Of a stretch of 64,000 nucleotides of DNA, positions 23,620-32,064 are shown one piece after another. The stretch is from positions 846,484-910,483 of the forward strand of contig CAVRHM010000006.1 in assembly GCA_963721015.1 (NCBI GenBank), in the 5' to 3' direction. Numbering within the stretch: position 1 is the stretch's first letter; every line of letters starts with the position of its first letter. The stretch is from an uncultured Chloroflexia bacterium (GTDB lineage: Bacteria; Chloroflexota; Limnocylindria; Limnocylindrales; CSP1-4). The position numbers and the translations under genes are program-made. The notes under the pieces are model-generated. The model was not told the origin of the DNA. It worked only from the letters and a program-made list of their open reading frames with translations, and searched no databases.

Positions 23620-24780
23620 GTGGGCGTGATCCGCGCCCAGCCCGCGCAAGTGACCGATTGGGCATCCAAGCCGATCGGGACGGCCTGGCGCGCGTTCGAC
23701 CTCCAGATGGCGACGTATGCGGGCCTCCTGGCGGCCATCGGGCTGGTCATGGCCTACACGAACAGCGTCGAGAGCGGCAGCACCCCGCTCGAAGCCGGCA
23801 CGACCTTCACCCGCGGCCTGATGTGGGCCGGGATCGCGGTCGTCATGTTCATCGTCGCGACCGCGTTCGACTATCACTGGCTCAAGACGCTGGCGTGGCC
23901 GGTCTATGCCTTCCAGCTCGGCCTGCTCGTCCTGACCCTGGCCATCGGCGATGGCGTCGGCGGGTCGGCGCGCTGGGTGAGCGTCGGGCCGTTCACGTTC
24001 CAGTTCAGCGAGCTGGCCAAGATCCTCATGATCATCGTGCTGGCCAACTACCTGTCCAGCCAGCAGCACCGGCTCGATTCGCTGTCCGGGATCCTGGGCG
24101 CGTGCCTCCTCGTCGTCCCACCGCTGGCCCTGGTCATGCTCCAGCCCGACCTCGGCACGTCGCTCGTCTTCGCCGGCATCCTGGCCGGGATGCTCTGGAT
24201 GTCCGGGGCGAGCCTGAAGTGGCTGGCCGTGCTGGGCGCCGCGGCCATCGCCATGGTCCCGGTCGCCTGGACCTACATCCTGCGTGACTACCAGAAGGAG
24301 CGGCTGACCGCGTTCCTGTCCCCGGAGAAGGACATCCAGGGAGCCGGCTACCAGCTCTACCAGTCACAGATCGCGATCGGCTCAGGCGGCTTGATGGGCA
24401 AGGGCCTGACCAACGGCACCCAGGCCCAGGGCGACTTCCTGCCCGTCCAGACGACCGACTTCGTGTTCGCCATCCTGGCCGAGGAGCTCGGGTTCATCGG
24501 GGCGATGGTCCTGTTCGGGCTGTTCGGCCTGCTCCTGTGGCGCATCCTCGTGTCCGGCTGGCGGTCGCGCGACCCGTTCGGGACCCTGTTCGCGGCCGGC
24601 CTGGCCTCGATGATCATCTTCCAGCTCATCGTGAACGTCGGGATGGTCATGGGGGTCATGCCCATCACCGGCATCCCGCTGCCGTTCGTGACCCACGGTG
24701 GCGCCTCGCTCGTGAGCATGGCCATCGGCCTCGGCATCCTCCAATCGATCAACATCCGGCAGACCCGCGCCGAGTGGTGA
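23620..24780 (+). CDS. rodA: SEDS glycosyltransferase RodA (FtsW/RodA family)
   Basis: FQFSELAKILMII, LQPDLGTSLV, PVQTTDFVFAILAEELGFIG, GIPLPFVTHGGASL. Confidence 0.9.
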   Translation: MGVIRAQPAQVTDWASKPIGTAWRAFDLQMATYAGLLAAIGLVMAYTNSVESGSTPLEAGTTFTRGLMWAGIAVVMFIVATAFDYHWLKTLAWPVYAFQLGLLVLTLAIGDGVGGSARWVSVGPFTFQFSELAKILMIIVLANYLSSQQHRLDSLSGILGACLLVVPPLALVMLQPDLGTSLVFAGILAGMLWMSGASLKWLAVLGAAAIAMVPVAWTYILRDYQKERLTAFLSPEKDIQGAGYQLYQSQIAIGSGGLMGKGLTNGTQAQGDFLPVQTTDFVFAILAEELGFIGAMVLFGLFGLLLWRILVSGWRSRDPFGTLFAAGLASMIIFQLIVNVGMVMGVMPITGIPLPFVTHGGASLVSMAIGLGILQSINIRQTRAEW

Positions 24781-24787
24781 GCTCGCC

Positions 24788-25315
24788 ATGAGCGAGCGCA
24801 CGCGGCGCGTCCGCCATTCGCCGGTCGCGGATGCGGTCGCTCTCTTGCCGATCGAGCCGTTGCTCGTCCACCGCTCCGACGACCCGGTGACGGTCATGCG
24901 CCTGGCGACCGAGCATCCGCAGACCCGCCTGCTCGGTGTCGTCGATGACGCGGGTGTCCTCGTCGGGGTGCTCTCGGCGGTCCGTCTGGCCGAGGCCGTC
25001 ATCGCCGGGGTCTCGCCGGAGACGTTGCTGGCCGACATCGCCGACGCTGATGATGCCGCCCGGTTCGGCCACGCGATCTCCGCTCGGTCGATCGGCGACG
25101 TCATGCTGCCGCCGGCGACGGTCACGGCGACGGCGACGGTCGATGAGGCCTTCCGGACGATGCATCGTCGTCACCTGACCGGCCTGTACGTCATCGATGC
25201 GGCCGGGCGGCCGACCGGCTACCTCGACCTGCTCGAGCTGACCCTGCGCTACGTCGAGGCGCTCGAAGCGGACCGCGCCGAGCGCTCCGGCGTCCCGCCG
25301 CAGTCGGCCGACTGA
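24788..25315 (+). CDS. CBS domain-pair protein
   Basis: Two CBS-like repeats (LLGVVDDAGVLVGVLS; LYVIDAAGRPTGYLDLLEL). Confidence 0.55.
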   Translation: MSERTRRVRHSPVADAVALLPIEPLLVHRSDDPVTVMRLATEHPQTRLLGVVDDAGVLVGVLSAVRLAEAVIAGVSPETLLADIADADDAARFGHAISARSIGDVMLPPATVTATATVDEAFRTMHRRHLTGLYVIDAAGRPTGYLDLLELTLRYVEALEADRAERSGVPPQSAD

Positions 25316-25321
25316 CCGTCC

Positions 25322-26587
25322 GTGGAGGTCGCGCTCGCCGGGATCATCTTCGTCGTCACGTACGCGCTCATCGCGACGGATCGCGTCGACAAGACGCTGG
25401 CGGCCCTGGCCGGCGGAGCGCTCGTCGTCGTGCTCGGCCTGGTCGGGTCGGAGACCGCCTTCGCCGCCATCGATCTCAACGTCATCCTCCTGTTGACCGG
25501 GATGATGGTCATGGCCGGGATCCTGCGGCGGACCGGCTTCTTCCAGTGGATCGCCATCCGGTCGGTCAAAGTGGCTGGCGGCGAACCGTATCGGCTGCTC
25601 CTCGTCCTGAGCGCGGTCTGCGCGATCCTGTCGGCGTTCCTCGACAACGTCACGACCGTCGTCCTCATCGCGCCCGTCACGCTGTACATCGCCAACGTCC
25701 TGCGCGTGTCACCGGTGCCGTTCCTCATCAGCGAGATCCTGGCGGCGAACATCGGCGGCACGTCCACGCTCATCGGCGACCCGCCGAACATCCTCATCGG
25801 CTCGGCGGCCGGCCTGGGTTTCGAGGCGTTCCTGGTCAACCTCGCGCCCGTGGCCGCCATCGTGTTCGTCGTGTTCCTGGCGATGACCCGCGTGTTCTTC
25901 GCCGGGGACCTGGCCGTCCACGGCGAGGTCCGCGATGCCGTCCTTGCGCTCGATGAGCGTGAGGTCCTGAGCGACCTACCGCTCCTGCGTCGCAGCCTGC
26001 TGGTCGTCGCCCTGACCATCGTCGGCTTCCTCGTCGCCCATCCGCTGGGCATCGAGGCCGGGGTCATCGCCATCCTCGGCGCCGCCGTCCTGGCGCTCTG
26101 GTCGCGCCTGGACGCCGAGGCTGTCCTCGACGAGGTCGAATGGTCGACCCTGTTCTTCTTCGTCGGGTTGTTCATGCTCGTGGCGGCCATCGTCGAAGTC
26201 GGGATCATCGACTCGGTCGCCGACGCGCTCATCGACCTGACCGGCGGCGATGCGACGGTCACGACGCTCGGGCTGGTCTGGCTCAGTGGCATCGCCTCCG
26301 CGATCATCGACAACATCCCCTACACGGCGGCGATGATCCCGGTCGTCGAGCGCTTGGGGGCCACCGGCATCCCGATCGAACCGCTGTGGTGGGCGTTGGC
26401 GCTGGGCGCCTGCCTCGGTGGCAACGCGACGATCGTCGGCGCGTCAGCCAATGTCGTCGTGGCGAATCTGTCGGGCCGGGCGGGCCATGCCATCACCTTC
26501 GCCGGGTTCGTACGGTACGGTCTTCCGGTCACGGTGATGTCGCTCATCGTGGCGACCATCTACCTGTACGCGCGCTACCTGACGTAG
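25322..26587 (+). CDS. ArsB/NhaD-superfamily anion permease (CitMHS-like)
   Basis: SAFLDNVTTVVLIAPV, ANIGGTSTLIGDPPNILI, IIDNIPYTAAMIPV, 10-12 TM segments. Confidence 0.7.
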   Translation: MEVALAGIIFVVTYALIATDRVDKTLAALAGGALVVVLGLVGSETAFAAIDLNVILLLTGMMVMAGILRRTGFFQWIAIRSVKVAGGEPYRLLLVLSAVCAILSAFLDNVTTVVLIAPVTLYIANVLRVSPVPFLISEILAANIGGTSTLIGDPPNILIGSAAGLGFEAFLVNLAPVAAIVFVVFLAMTRVFFAGDLAVHGEVRDAVLALDEREVLSDLPLLRRSLLVVALTIVGFLVAHPLGIEAGVIAILGAAVLALWSRLDAEAVLDEVEWSTLFFFVGLFMLVAAIVEVGIIDSVADALIDLTGGDATVTTLGLVWLSGIASAIIDNIPYTAAMIPVVERLGATGIPIEPLWWALALGACLGGNATIVGASANVVVANLSGRAGHAITFAGFVRYGLPVTVMSLIVATIYLYARYLT

Positions 26588-26671
26588 AGGCCAGCCCTGC
26601 CCTTCGCCGTCGCCCAGCCGCCCGGCCCCATCGAGTCCCTTGCCGGCGCGTCGGAGGCGCCGCTCGAGGTC

Positions 26672-27838
26672 ATGCTCGGCCTCTTTCTGTTGTTCGTGGC
26701 CGCCAAGTTCGGCGAGGAGGTGGCCCGCCGACTCGGCCAGCCGGCCGTGGTCGGCGAACTGCTCGGCGGCTTCGTCGTCGGGCCGGGTGTCCTGGGCCTG
26801 GTCGTCCCCGGGGAGACCGCCGCGGTCTTCGCCGAGCTGGGCGTCGTCATCCTGCTGTTCAGCGTCGGGCTCGAGGTCCGCCTCGATGACCTCCTGGCCG
26901 TCGGCCGGCCGGCCATCCTGACCGCGATCATCGCCATGCTCCTGCCGATCGCGGCCGGTGTGGCGGTCGGGCTCCTCGTCGGGGAAGGTGGCTACACGGC
27001 GGCCTTCGTCGGTCTCGCCCTGGCCGCGACGAGCATCGGGATCACCAGCCGCGTGCTGGCTGAACTCGGGGTCCTCGATCGGACCTTCGCGCGAGTGGTC
27101 CTGGGCGCCGCGGTCATCGACGATGTGCTGGCCCTCATCCTCATCGGCGTCGTGTCGGGCGCGGCGGAAGGCGATCTCTCGGCGTCGACGATGTTCGTGG
27201 CCGTGGCCGCCGTCGGCCTGGTCCTGCTTGGTTTCGCGGCGGCGCGGCGCGCTCGCGGGCTCAAGCGCGAGGCCTTCACCTGGCCGCTCTTCGCGGACAC
27301 GCCGCTCGTCCCGTCGTTCATCTTCATGTTCGGGTTCGCCCTGGTGTCCGCGGCCATCGGCTTGGCGGCCATCATCGGTGCGTTCGTGGCCGGTCTCATC
27401 GTGGCCGAGACAGAGGCCCAGGACGAGGTCGAGCACGACATCAAGCCGCTCGCCTTGATCTTCACGCCGTTCTTCTTCGCGGTGACCGGGGCGCAGCTCG
27501 ACCTGTCGGCGCTGCTCGACATGCGCGTCGCGGCGCTGGCCATCGGCCTGGCCCTGATCGGTGTCGTGACCAAGGCGGCCGGCGGCCTGGTCGGTGCGTG
27601 GTCGATCGGTCGCTGGGGTGCGACGACGGTCGGGTTCGGGATGGTCCCGCGGGGCGAGGTCGGCATCGTCGTGGCCAACCTGGGCCTGGCCGCCGGTCTC
27701 CTGTCCGAGGACGTGTTCAGCGCCGTCCTCGTCGCCGTCGTCCTCACGACGATCGTCGCGCCATATCTCCTGGCCTGGGCCATCCCACGCGCCATCGCGG
27801 AGTCCGACGCGGCGGAGGCAGCCCACCCCGTCGCGTGA
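26672..27838 (+). CDS. Monovalent cation:proton antiporter, CPA2 (Kef/NapA-like) family
   Basis: LGQPAVVGELLGGFVVGPGVLG, FAELGVVILLFSVGLE, AAVIDDVLALIL, VPRGEVGIVVA. Confidence 0.8.
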   Translation: MLGLFLLFVAAKFGEEVARRLGQPAVVGELLGGFVVGPGVLGLVVPGETAAVFAELGVVILLFSVGLEVRLDDLLAVGRPAILTAIIAMLLPIAAGVAVGLLVGEGGYTAAFVGLALAATSIGITSRVLAELGVLDRTFARVVLGAAVIDDVLALILIGVVSGAAEGDLSASTMFVAVAAVGLVLLGFAAARRARGLKREAFTWPLFADTPLVPSFIFMFGFALVSAAIGLAAIIGAFVAGLIVAETEAQDEVEHDIKPLALIFTPFFFAVTGAQLDLSALLDMRVAALAIGLALIGVVTKAAGGLVGAWSIGRWGATTVGFGMVPRGEVGIVVANLGLAAGLLSEDVFSAVLVAVVLTTIVAPYLLAWAIPRAIAESDAAEAAHPVA

Positions 27839-27841
27839 CGG

Positions 27842-28513
27842 TCAGCGGCGGCGGAAGAGCCCGCGACGGTCGTGCGCGTCGGTCTGCGTCGACCGACGGC
27901 GGCCGGTCCGGCGCAGGATCGCGTCGATCTCCTCGCGGTAGGGCCGTCCGATGGGCATCCGGTCCAGCCACTCGACGTATTCGAGGTCGGTCCGGGCGAT
28001 CTCCCCGAGCGACCAGCCGCTGTAGCGGCCGAAGGTGATGAGGCTGCCCGACGGGTTGCCGGGCGGGCGGCCGGCGGCGCCTTCGCCATCGGCCGTGCGC
28101 ATCGACGGGTCGTAGCCGCTGCCGACCGACGACCGACCGCTCGTCCAGTCGCGGGACACGGTCTCCGGCGGGCGTGGCGTCGCGCCGGATGGGGGAGGCG
28201 CGGCGTTCGCGCTCGTCCCGGTGGGACCCGTGCCGGTGGGACCCGTGCCCGTGGCATGGCCCGCGGCCGGCGGTCGGGATCGGGCGAGCGCCGCCTCGAC
28301 CGCCCGTTCGCGATCGTGGGCGGCCCGCCGGGTCGGATCGCCGATGACGGCCCAGGCGGCATTGATCGCGGCCATCCGAGCGGCCGCGTCCGCACCGGGG
28401 GCGACGTCCGGGTGGTATTTCATCGCGAGGCGCCGGTAGGCGGCGACGATGACCTCGTCCTCGGCCTCCGGGTCGACCTGGAGAGTCTTGTACGGGTCCG
28501 GCGGGCCGCTCAG
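27842..28513 (-). CDS. J-domain protein with DUF3820-like C-terminal domain. Only a CTG start (28513) gives a complete J domain; the ORF-track ATG is at 28423.
   Basis: In-frame upstream sequence LSGPPDPYKTLQVDPEAEDEVIVAAYRRLAMKYHPDV (helices I-II plus HPD). GGAGG lies 8 nt before the CTG. C-terminus ITFGRYSGWSLGEIARTDLEYVEWL. Confidence 0.65.
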   Translation of the reverse strand: MSGPPDPYKTLQVDPEAEDEVIVAAYRRLAMKYHPDVAPGADAAARMAAINAAWAVIGDPTRRAAHDRERAVEAALARSRPPAAGHATGTGPTGTGPTGTSANAAPPPSGATPRPPETVSRDWTSGRSSVGSGYDPSMRTADGEGAAGRPPGNPSGSLITFGRYSGWSLGEIARTDLEYVEWLDRMPIGRPYREEIDAILRRTGRRRSTQTDAHDRRGLFRRR

Positions 28514-28529
28514 CGCCCCGGCCTCCGTC

Positions 28530-29888
28530 TCACGGGACGCCCGCTGACGGGACGTCCGGGCGCACCTCGGTCACGCCAGGGAGGCCAGGATGGCGCTCCA
28601 GGCCGAGGCCCTCGAGCGATGCCGCCAGGTCCGGCGTGGCGTCGGGACTCAGCCGCCGGAACAGGTAACGCACGACGTCGCGGAAGGCGGCCGTGATGGG
28701 CAGGGCCAGGATCGCCCCGAGCAGCCCGGCCAACGACCCGCCGACGACGATGGCGAAGATGACCGCGGCCGGGTGGAGGTTGGTCGCGTCGCCCTGGATC
28801 TTCGGCACGAGCACGTTGTTCTCGACCTGCTGGACCAGCGTGTACAGGACGAGCGCGGCGATGACCGCCTCGATCCCGGCCGTCGCGGCCAGGAGCACCG
28901 CCGGCACGGCGGCGATGATCGGGCCGATGATCGGCACGAGCTCGAGGATGCCGGCGATGACCGACAGCAGGACGGCGTAGCGGCCGAAGATGGGATCGAT
29001 CGTCACGCTCAGGATGGTCAGGCCGATGAACGTGAACACGCCCACGGTCAGGCCCAGGATGAGCTGGCCGCGGACCCACTGGCCGAAGACCCGCTGGACC
29101 AGCCGGATGACCGCCCAGATGTCGAACCGCCAGGCCGGCGGGACCATCGCATCGAACTGCTGGGTCAGGCCGACCCGGTCCTTGAGCAGGTAGAACACCC
29201 AGACCGGCAGGATGATGTAGCCGAAGACCGCGCCCAGGAGGCTGCCGGCGCCGGTCACCAGGGGGAGCAGCAGCGACGGGTCGAAGGCGGGCGCCTCGCC
29301 GCCGCCCGAGCCGAGGTTGGCGATGAACGCGTCGACCCACTCGCGGATCGCGTCGGGAAGCTGCAGGCGGGCGTACATGTCACCCAGCCGCTGGAGCTGC
29401 TCCTGGAGCTGGCCGGCCAGCTGGGGCAGGTCGGCGATGAACTGGACGAGCTCGTTGATGAGCGGCGTGATCGTGAGGTTCAGGAACTCGATGAAGGCCA
29501 GGATGGCCACGATGTAGACGATGGCGATGGCCAGCGTCCGCCGCAGCCCGACGCGGACGAGCCACTTGACCGCCGGGTCGAGGAGGTACACGAGCAGGAG
29601 GCCGAGGACGAACGGCCGGAGGCTGTCGCGGGCCATCCAGAACAGCAGGCCGACGATGATCGTGGCCGCGATGAGGACGGCGACGCGCGGCGAGATCGGC
29701 GCGAACCGGGGGGCGTCGGACGGCGCGGTCGGATCCAGGAAGGGTGGTCGGGGCAGGGTGGCGACCCAGGCCTCGGTGGCCGTCGGCGCGGATGGGGCCT
29801 CGGGTCCGGGTTCGGCGATCGAGTGGTCCGACGCATCGCCGGCGGGTCCGCGGGCGGGATCGGGCGCCGGCCGGTCGGGCTCGTCCAT
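28530..29888 (-). CDS. AI-2E family transporter (PerM/UPF0118). Start taken at MDEPDRP.
   Basis: 8-TM protein; ILELVPIIGPIIAAVP and VENNVLVPKIQGD are hallmarks of the family. Confidence 0.85.
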   Translation of the reverse strand: MDEPDRPAPDPARGPAGDASDHSIAEPGPEAPSAPTATEAWVATLPRPPFLDPTAPSDAPRFAPISPRVAVLIAATIIVGLLFWMARDSLRPFVLGLLLVYLLDPAVKWLVRVGLRRTLAIAIVYIVAILAFIEFLNLTITPLINELVQFIADLPQLAGQLQEQLQRLGDMYARLQLPDAIREWVDAFIANLGSGGGEAPAFDPSLLLPLVTGAGSLLGAVFGYIILPVWVFYLLKDRVGLTQQFDAMVPPAWRFDIWAVIRLVQRVFGQWVRGQLILGLTVGVFTFIGLTILSVTIDPIFGRYAVLLSVIAGILELVPIIGPIIAAVPAVLLAATAGIEAVIAALVLYTLVQQVENNVLVPKIQGDATNLHPAAVIFAIVVGGSLAGLLGAILALPITAAFRDVVRYLFRRLSPDATPDLAASLEGLGLERHPGLPGVTEVRPDVPSAGVP

Positions 29889-29908
29889 CGTCCGGCAGAC
29901 TACCAGAC

Positions 29909-30649
29909 GTGCAGGCCGAACCATCGGCGGACCGCCCGATCGCGGACGAGCCGCCCGTCCAGCTCCCGGTCGCCGAGGCCCGTCAGCGCTGGCGGCTGAC
30001 GGCCGGCCGGTCGGCCGCGGCTCCGGCCGCCACCCAGCGCGAGACCACGGAGGCCTGGGAGGCCGCGGTCCTGGAGGCCGGCCTGCCGGTCGCCCGGACG
30101 GCCGATGCACGATCCCGCCTGCGCTTGTCGTTCGGCGCCCCCCTCCCGGCCGGGATGGCCGCCGACGGGGAGCTCATCGACCTCGTCATCACCGAGCGTT
30201 GGCCGCGCTGGCGGGTCCGCGAGGCGTTGACGCCCTGCCTGCCCGCCGGCTGGCGACTCGTCGACCTCGAGGATGTCTGGCTGGCCGGTCCGGCCCTGGC
30301 CGGGCGCGTCGCCGCGGCCGACCACCGTGTCGAGCTCGCCGCTGATGCGCCGGATGCGGCGGCCCTCGCCGGGGCCGCCAGCCGCCTGCTGGCCGCCGAG
30401 ACGCTCGTCCGGGCACGGATCAAGGGCGACCGGACCGTGGACTACGACCTTCGCCCCCTCGTCCTCGACGTCCAGGTGGAGGACGGGGCCCAGCCGGCAG
30501 TGCTGGCCATCCGAACGCGGATCCACCCGGAGCTCGGCACGGGACGACCAGAGGAGGTCGTGGCCGCCCTGGGCGATCTGCTGGGACGGCCCGTGCCGGT
30601 CGACGGGGTCACCCGGATCCGGCTGCTCCTCGTCGACGAGCTCGACTGA
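29909..30649 (+). CDS. Divergent DUF2344/TIGR03936-like (radical-SAM-associated) protein. Start uncertain.
   Basis: QRWRLTAGRS...AWEAAVLEAGLPVA...LSFGAPLPAGMAADGELIDLVITE...LPAGWRLVDLEDV...DYDLRPLVLDVQV fits the family architecture, but the usual SHRD/GFxPHP motifs are not conserved. Confidence 0.45.
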   Translation: MQAEPSADRPIADEPPVQLPVAEARQRWRLTAGRSAAAPAATQRETTEAWEAAVLEAGLPVARTADARSRLRLSFGAPLPAGMAADGELIDLVITERWPRWRVREALTPCLPAGWRLVDLEDVWLAGPALAGRVAAADHRVELAADAPDAAALAGAASRLLAAETLVRARIKGDRTVDYDLRPLVLDVQVEDGAQPAVLAIRTRIHPELGTGRPEEVVAALGDLLGRPVPVDGVTRIRLLLVDELD

Positions 30650-30656
30650 GCGTCGG

Positions 30657-31070
30657 TCAGGCGGCGGCCGCCATGGCGAGGGCCGGCAGGAACTGGTCCC
30701 ACCCGACGGCATGGCCCTCGATCGACTCGGCCGGCAGGCCGCGATGGACGACGCGGACGATCGTCCCGTCGCCGTCCGGCCGGAGGGTCACCTCGACCGT
30801 GCTGCCGCCGGGCGGCACCGGGTCGCCCGGCATCTCCCAGCCCCAGCTGAACACGACGCGGTCCGGTGGCTGGACCTCGAGGTAGGTGCCGCTGACGATG
30901 TCCTCGCCGTTGTAGTCGATGCGCAGGACCCCGCCGGGGACGGGGTCGAGGTCGATGGAGCGACCCATCCAGCGGGCCATCCGCTCGGGATCGGTGAAGT
31001 ACGGGAAGACGGTCGCCGGGCTGGCGGCGATCCGGATCTCGCGCTCGATCGCTGTCGGGTCAGCGGTCAT
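30657..31070 (-). CDS. SRPBCC/AHSA1-domain protein
   Basis: IEREIRIAASPATVFPYFTDPERMARWMG...GTYLEVQPPDRVVFSWGW. Downstream partner of ArsR (11-nt overlap). Confidence 0.75.
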   Translation of the reverse strand: MTADPTAIEREIRIAASPATVFPYFTDPERMARWMGRSIDLDPVPGGVLRIDYNGEDIVSGTYLEVQPPDRVVFSWGWEMPGDPVPPGGSTVEVTLRPDGDGTIVRVVHRGLPAESIEGHAVGWDQFLPALAMAAAA

Positions 31071-31416
31071 CGTGTCGCGGCTGCTTGGCCGTGCGTCCAT
31101 CGCGTTCCTCCTGCTCGGCCGCGGCGGCCAACCTCGCCAGGCCGGTCGCCCAGAACCCGTCCAGCCAGTCGCGCAGCTCGCGCGCCCCTTCCGGTCGCGC
31201 CCGGTACCAGCGTCGTGTGCCGTCGCGCCGCTCGGCGACCAGCCCGGCATCGCGCAGCACGGTCAGGTGCTGGGAGATGGCCGGTCGGGTGACCGCGAAG
31301 TGCGAGGCGATGGACCCCGCCGTGAGCTCGGCATCCCGCACGAGGGCCAGGATCTCGCGACGACGGGGTTCGGCGATGGCGCGGAGCGCGGCGTCCATGA
31401 GCGTTACGGTAGTCAT
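31060..31416 (-). CDS. ArsR/SmtB-family transcriptional regulator (likely start at M7, 31398)
   Basis: LRAIAEPRRREILALVRDAELTAGSIASHFAVTRPAISQHLTVLRDAGLV, a winged HTH. Confidence 0.85.
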   Translation of the reverse strand: MTTVTLMDAALRAIAEPRRREILALVRDAELTAGSIASHFAVTRPAISQHLTVLRDAGLVAERRDGTRRWYRARPEGARELRDWLDGFWATGLARLAAAAEQEERDGRTAKQPRHDDR

Positions 31417-31465
31417 GACTTACGTAAGTGTCAAGTGACATAGCACCACCGTGACGCGGTAGCAT
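31406..31465. promoter_or_regulatory. Divergent control region: 12-bp perfect palindrome ACTTACGTAAGT (31418-31429) within back-to-back promoter-like elements
   Basis: Minus strand: TTGACA (31434-31429), 17 nt, TACCGT (31411-31406), 7 nt before ArsR ATG 31398. Plus strand: TGACAT, 18 nt, TAGCAT (31460-31465), 6 nt before ATG 31472. Confidence 0.4.
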
Positions 31466-31471
31466 CGGCGG

Positions 31472-31888
31472 ATGCGGAGCCCCCGTGGGGTCGCCATCGC
31501 CGGCGTCGTGGCCATGATCGTCCTGGCCACGGGCGCGTGTGGGCGGTCCCGTCCGCCGCCGGTCCACGTCCTGAACGCCACGGACATCCCGGTCGCCGTC
31601 TTCCTCGATGGGGCCCTGGTCGGCATCCATCCCCCCGGCGCCGAGGCCGAGGTCGAGCTGACACCCGGCGACCCGCCGTTCGTCGTCGAGGTCCGGTCCG
31701 GCAGCGGCGCCAGCCTGGGGTCGTTGACGGTCGACGCGTCGACGCTCGAGGCGGTCGAGGACGGGACCGCGGCCCTCGGCCAGTCGTTCGTCCTGCCATG
31801 CGGCCGGGTGCAGCTCTGGATCGGCGATCGCGACGAGGAGGCGGCGCGGCCGCCTGAGCAGGTCCCCCCGGTGGGGCCTTGCCCCTGA
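31472..31888 (+). CDS. Hypothetical lipoprotein
   Basis: Signal peptide with lipobox: MRSPRGVAIAGVVAMIVLATGAC. Confidence 0.5.
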   Translation: MRSPRGVAIAGVVAMIVLATGACGRSRPPPVHVLNATDIPVAVFLDGALVGIHPPGAEAEVELTPGDPPFVVEVRSGSGASLGSLTVDASTLEAVEDGTAALGQSFVLPCGRVQLWIGDRDEEAARPPEQVPPVGPCP

Positions 31889-31929
31889 GCCGGACCGACT
31901 CCAGCCCGTCCGCCCGAGCACGGCCTCGA

Positions 31930-31959
31930 TTGACCGGAACGGCCGTTCAGCCGTAGACT
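31930..31959 (+). promoter_or_regulatory. Candidate promoter of rplU-rpmA (TTGACC-18 nt-TAGACT)
   Basis: TTGACC 31930-31935 and TAGACT 31954-31959, about 100 nt upstream of the rplU ATG. Confidence 0.4.
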
Positions 31960-32064
31960 CCACCGTCCGCGTCCCGACCCCGAGGTCTGGGCGCCCCCAT
32001 GTCCGACAGCCCGATCGCCACGTGCGCGTCGCCCGCCGTCGCCACCATCACTCCGGAAGGGTCC

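Noticed and set aside
29889-30110. Long N-terminal extensions of the AI-2E transporter ORF (to 30110) and of the SRPBCC ORF (to 31250).
   Set aside because: The extensions are Arg/Pro-rich and overlap neighbouring better-supported genes (the DUF2344-like gene and ArsR). Internal Met codons give proteins of normal family length.
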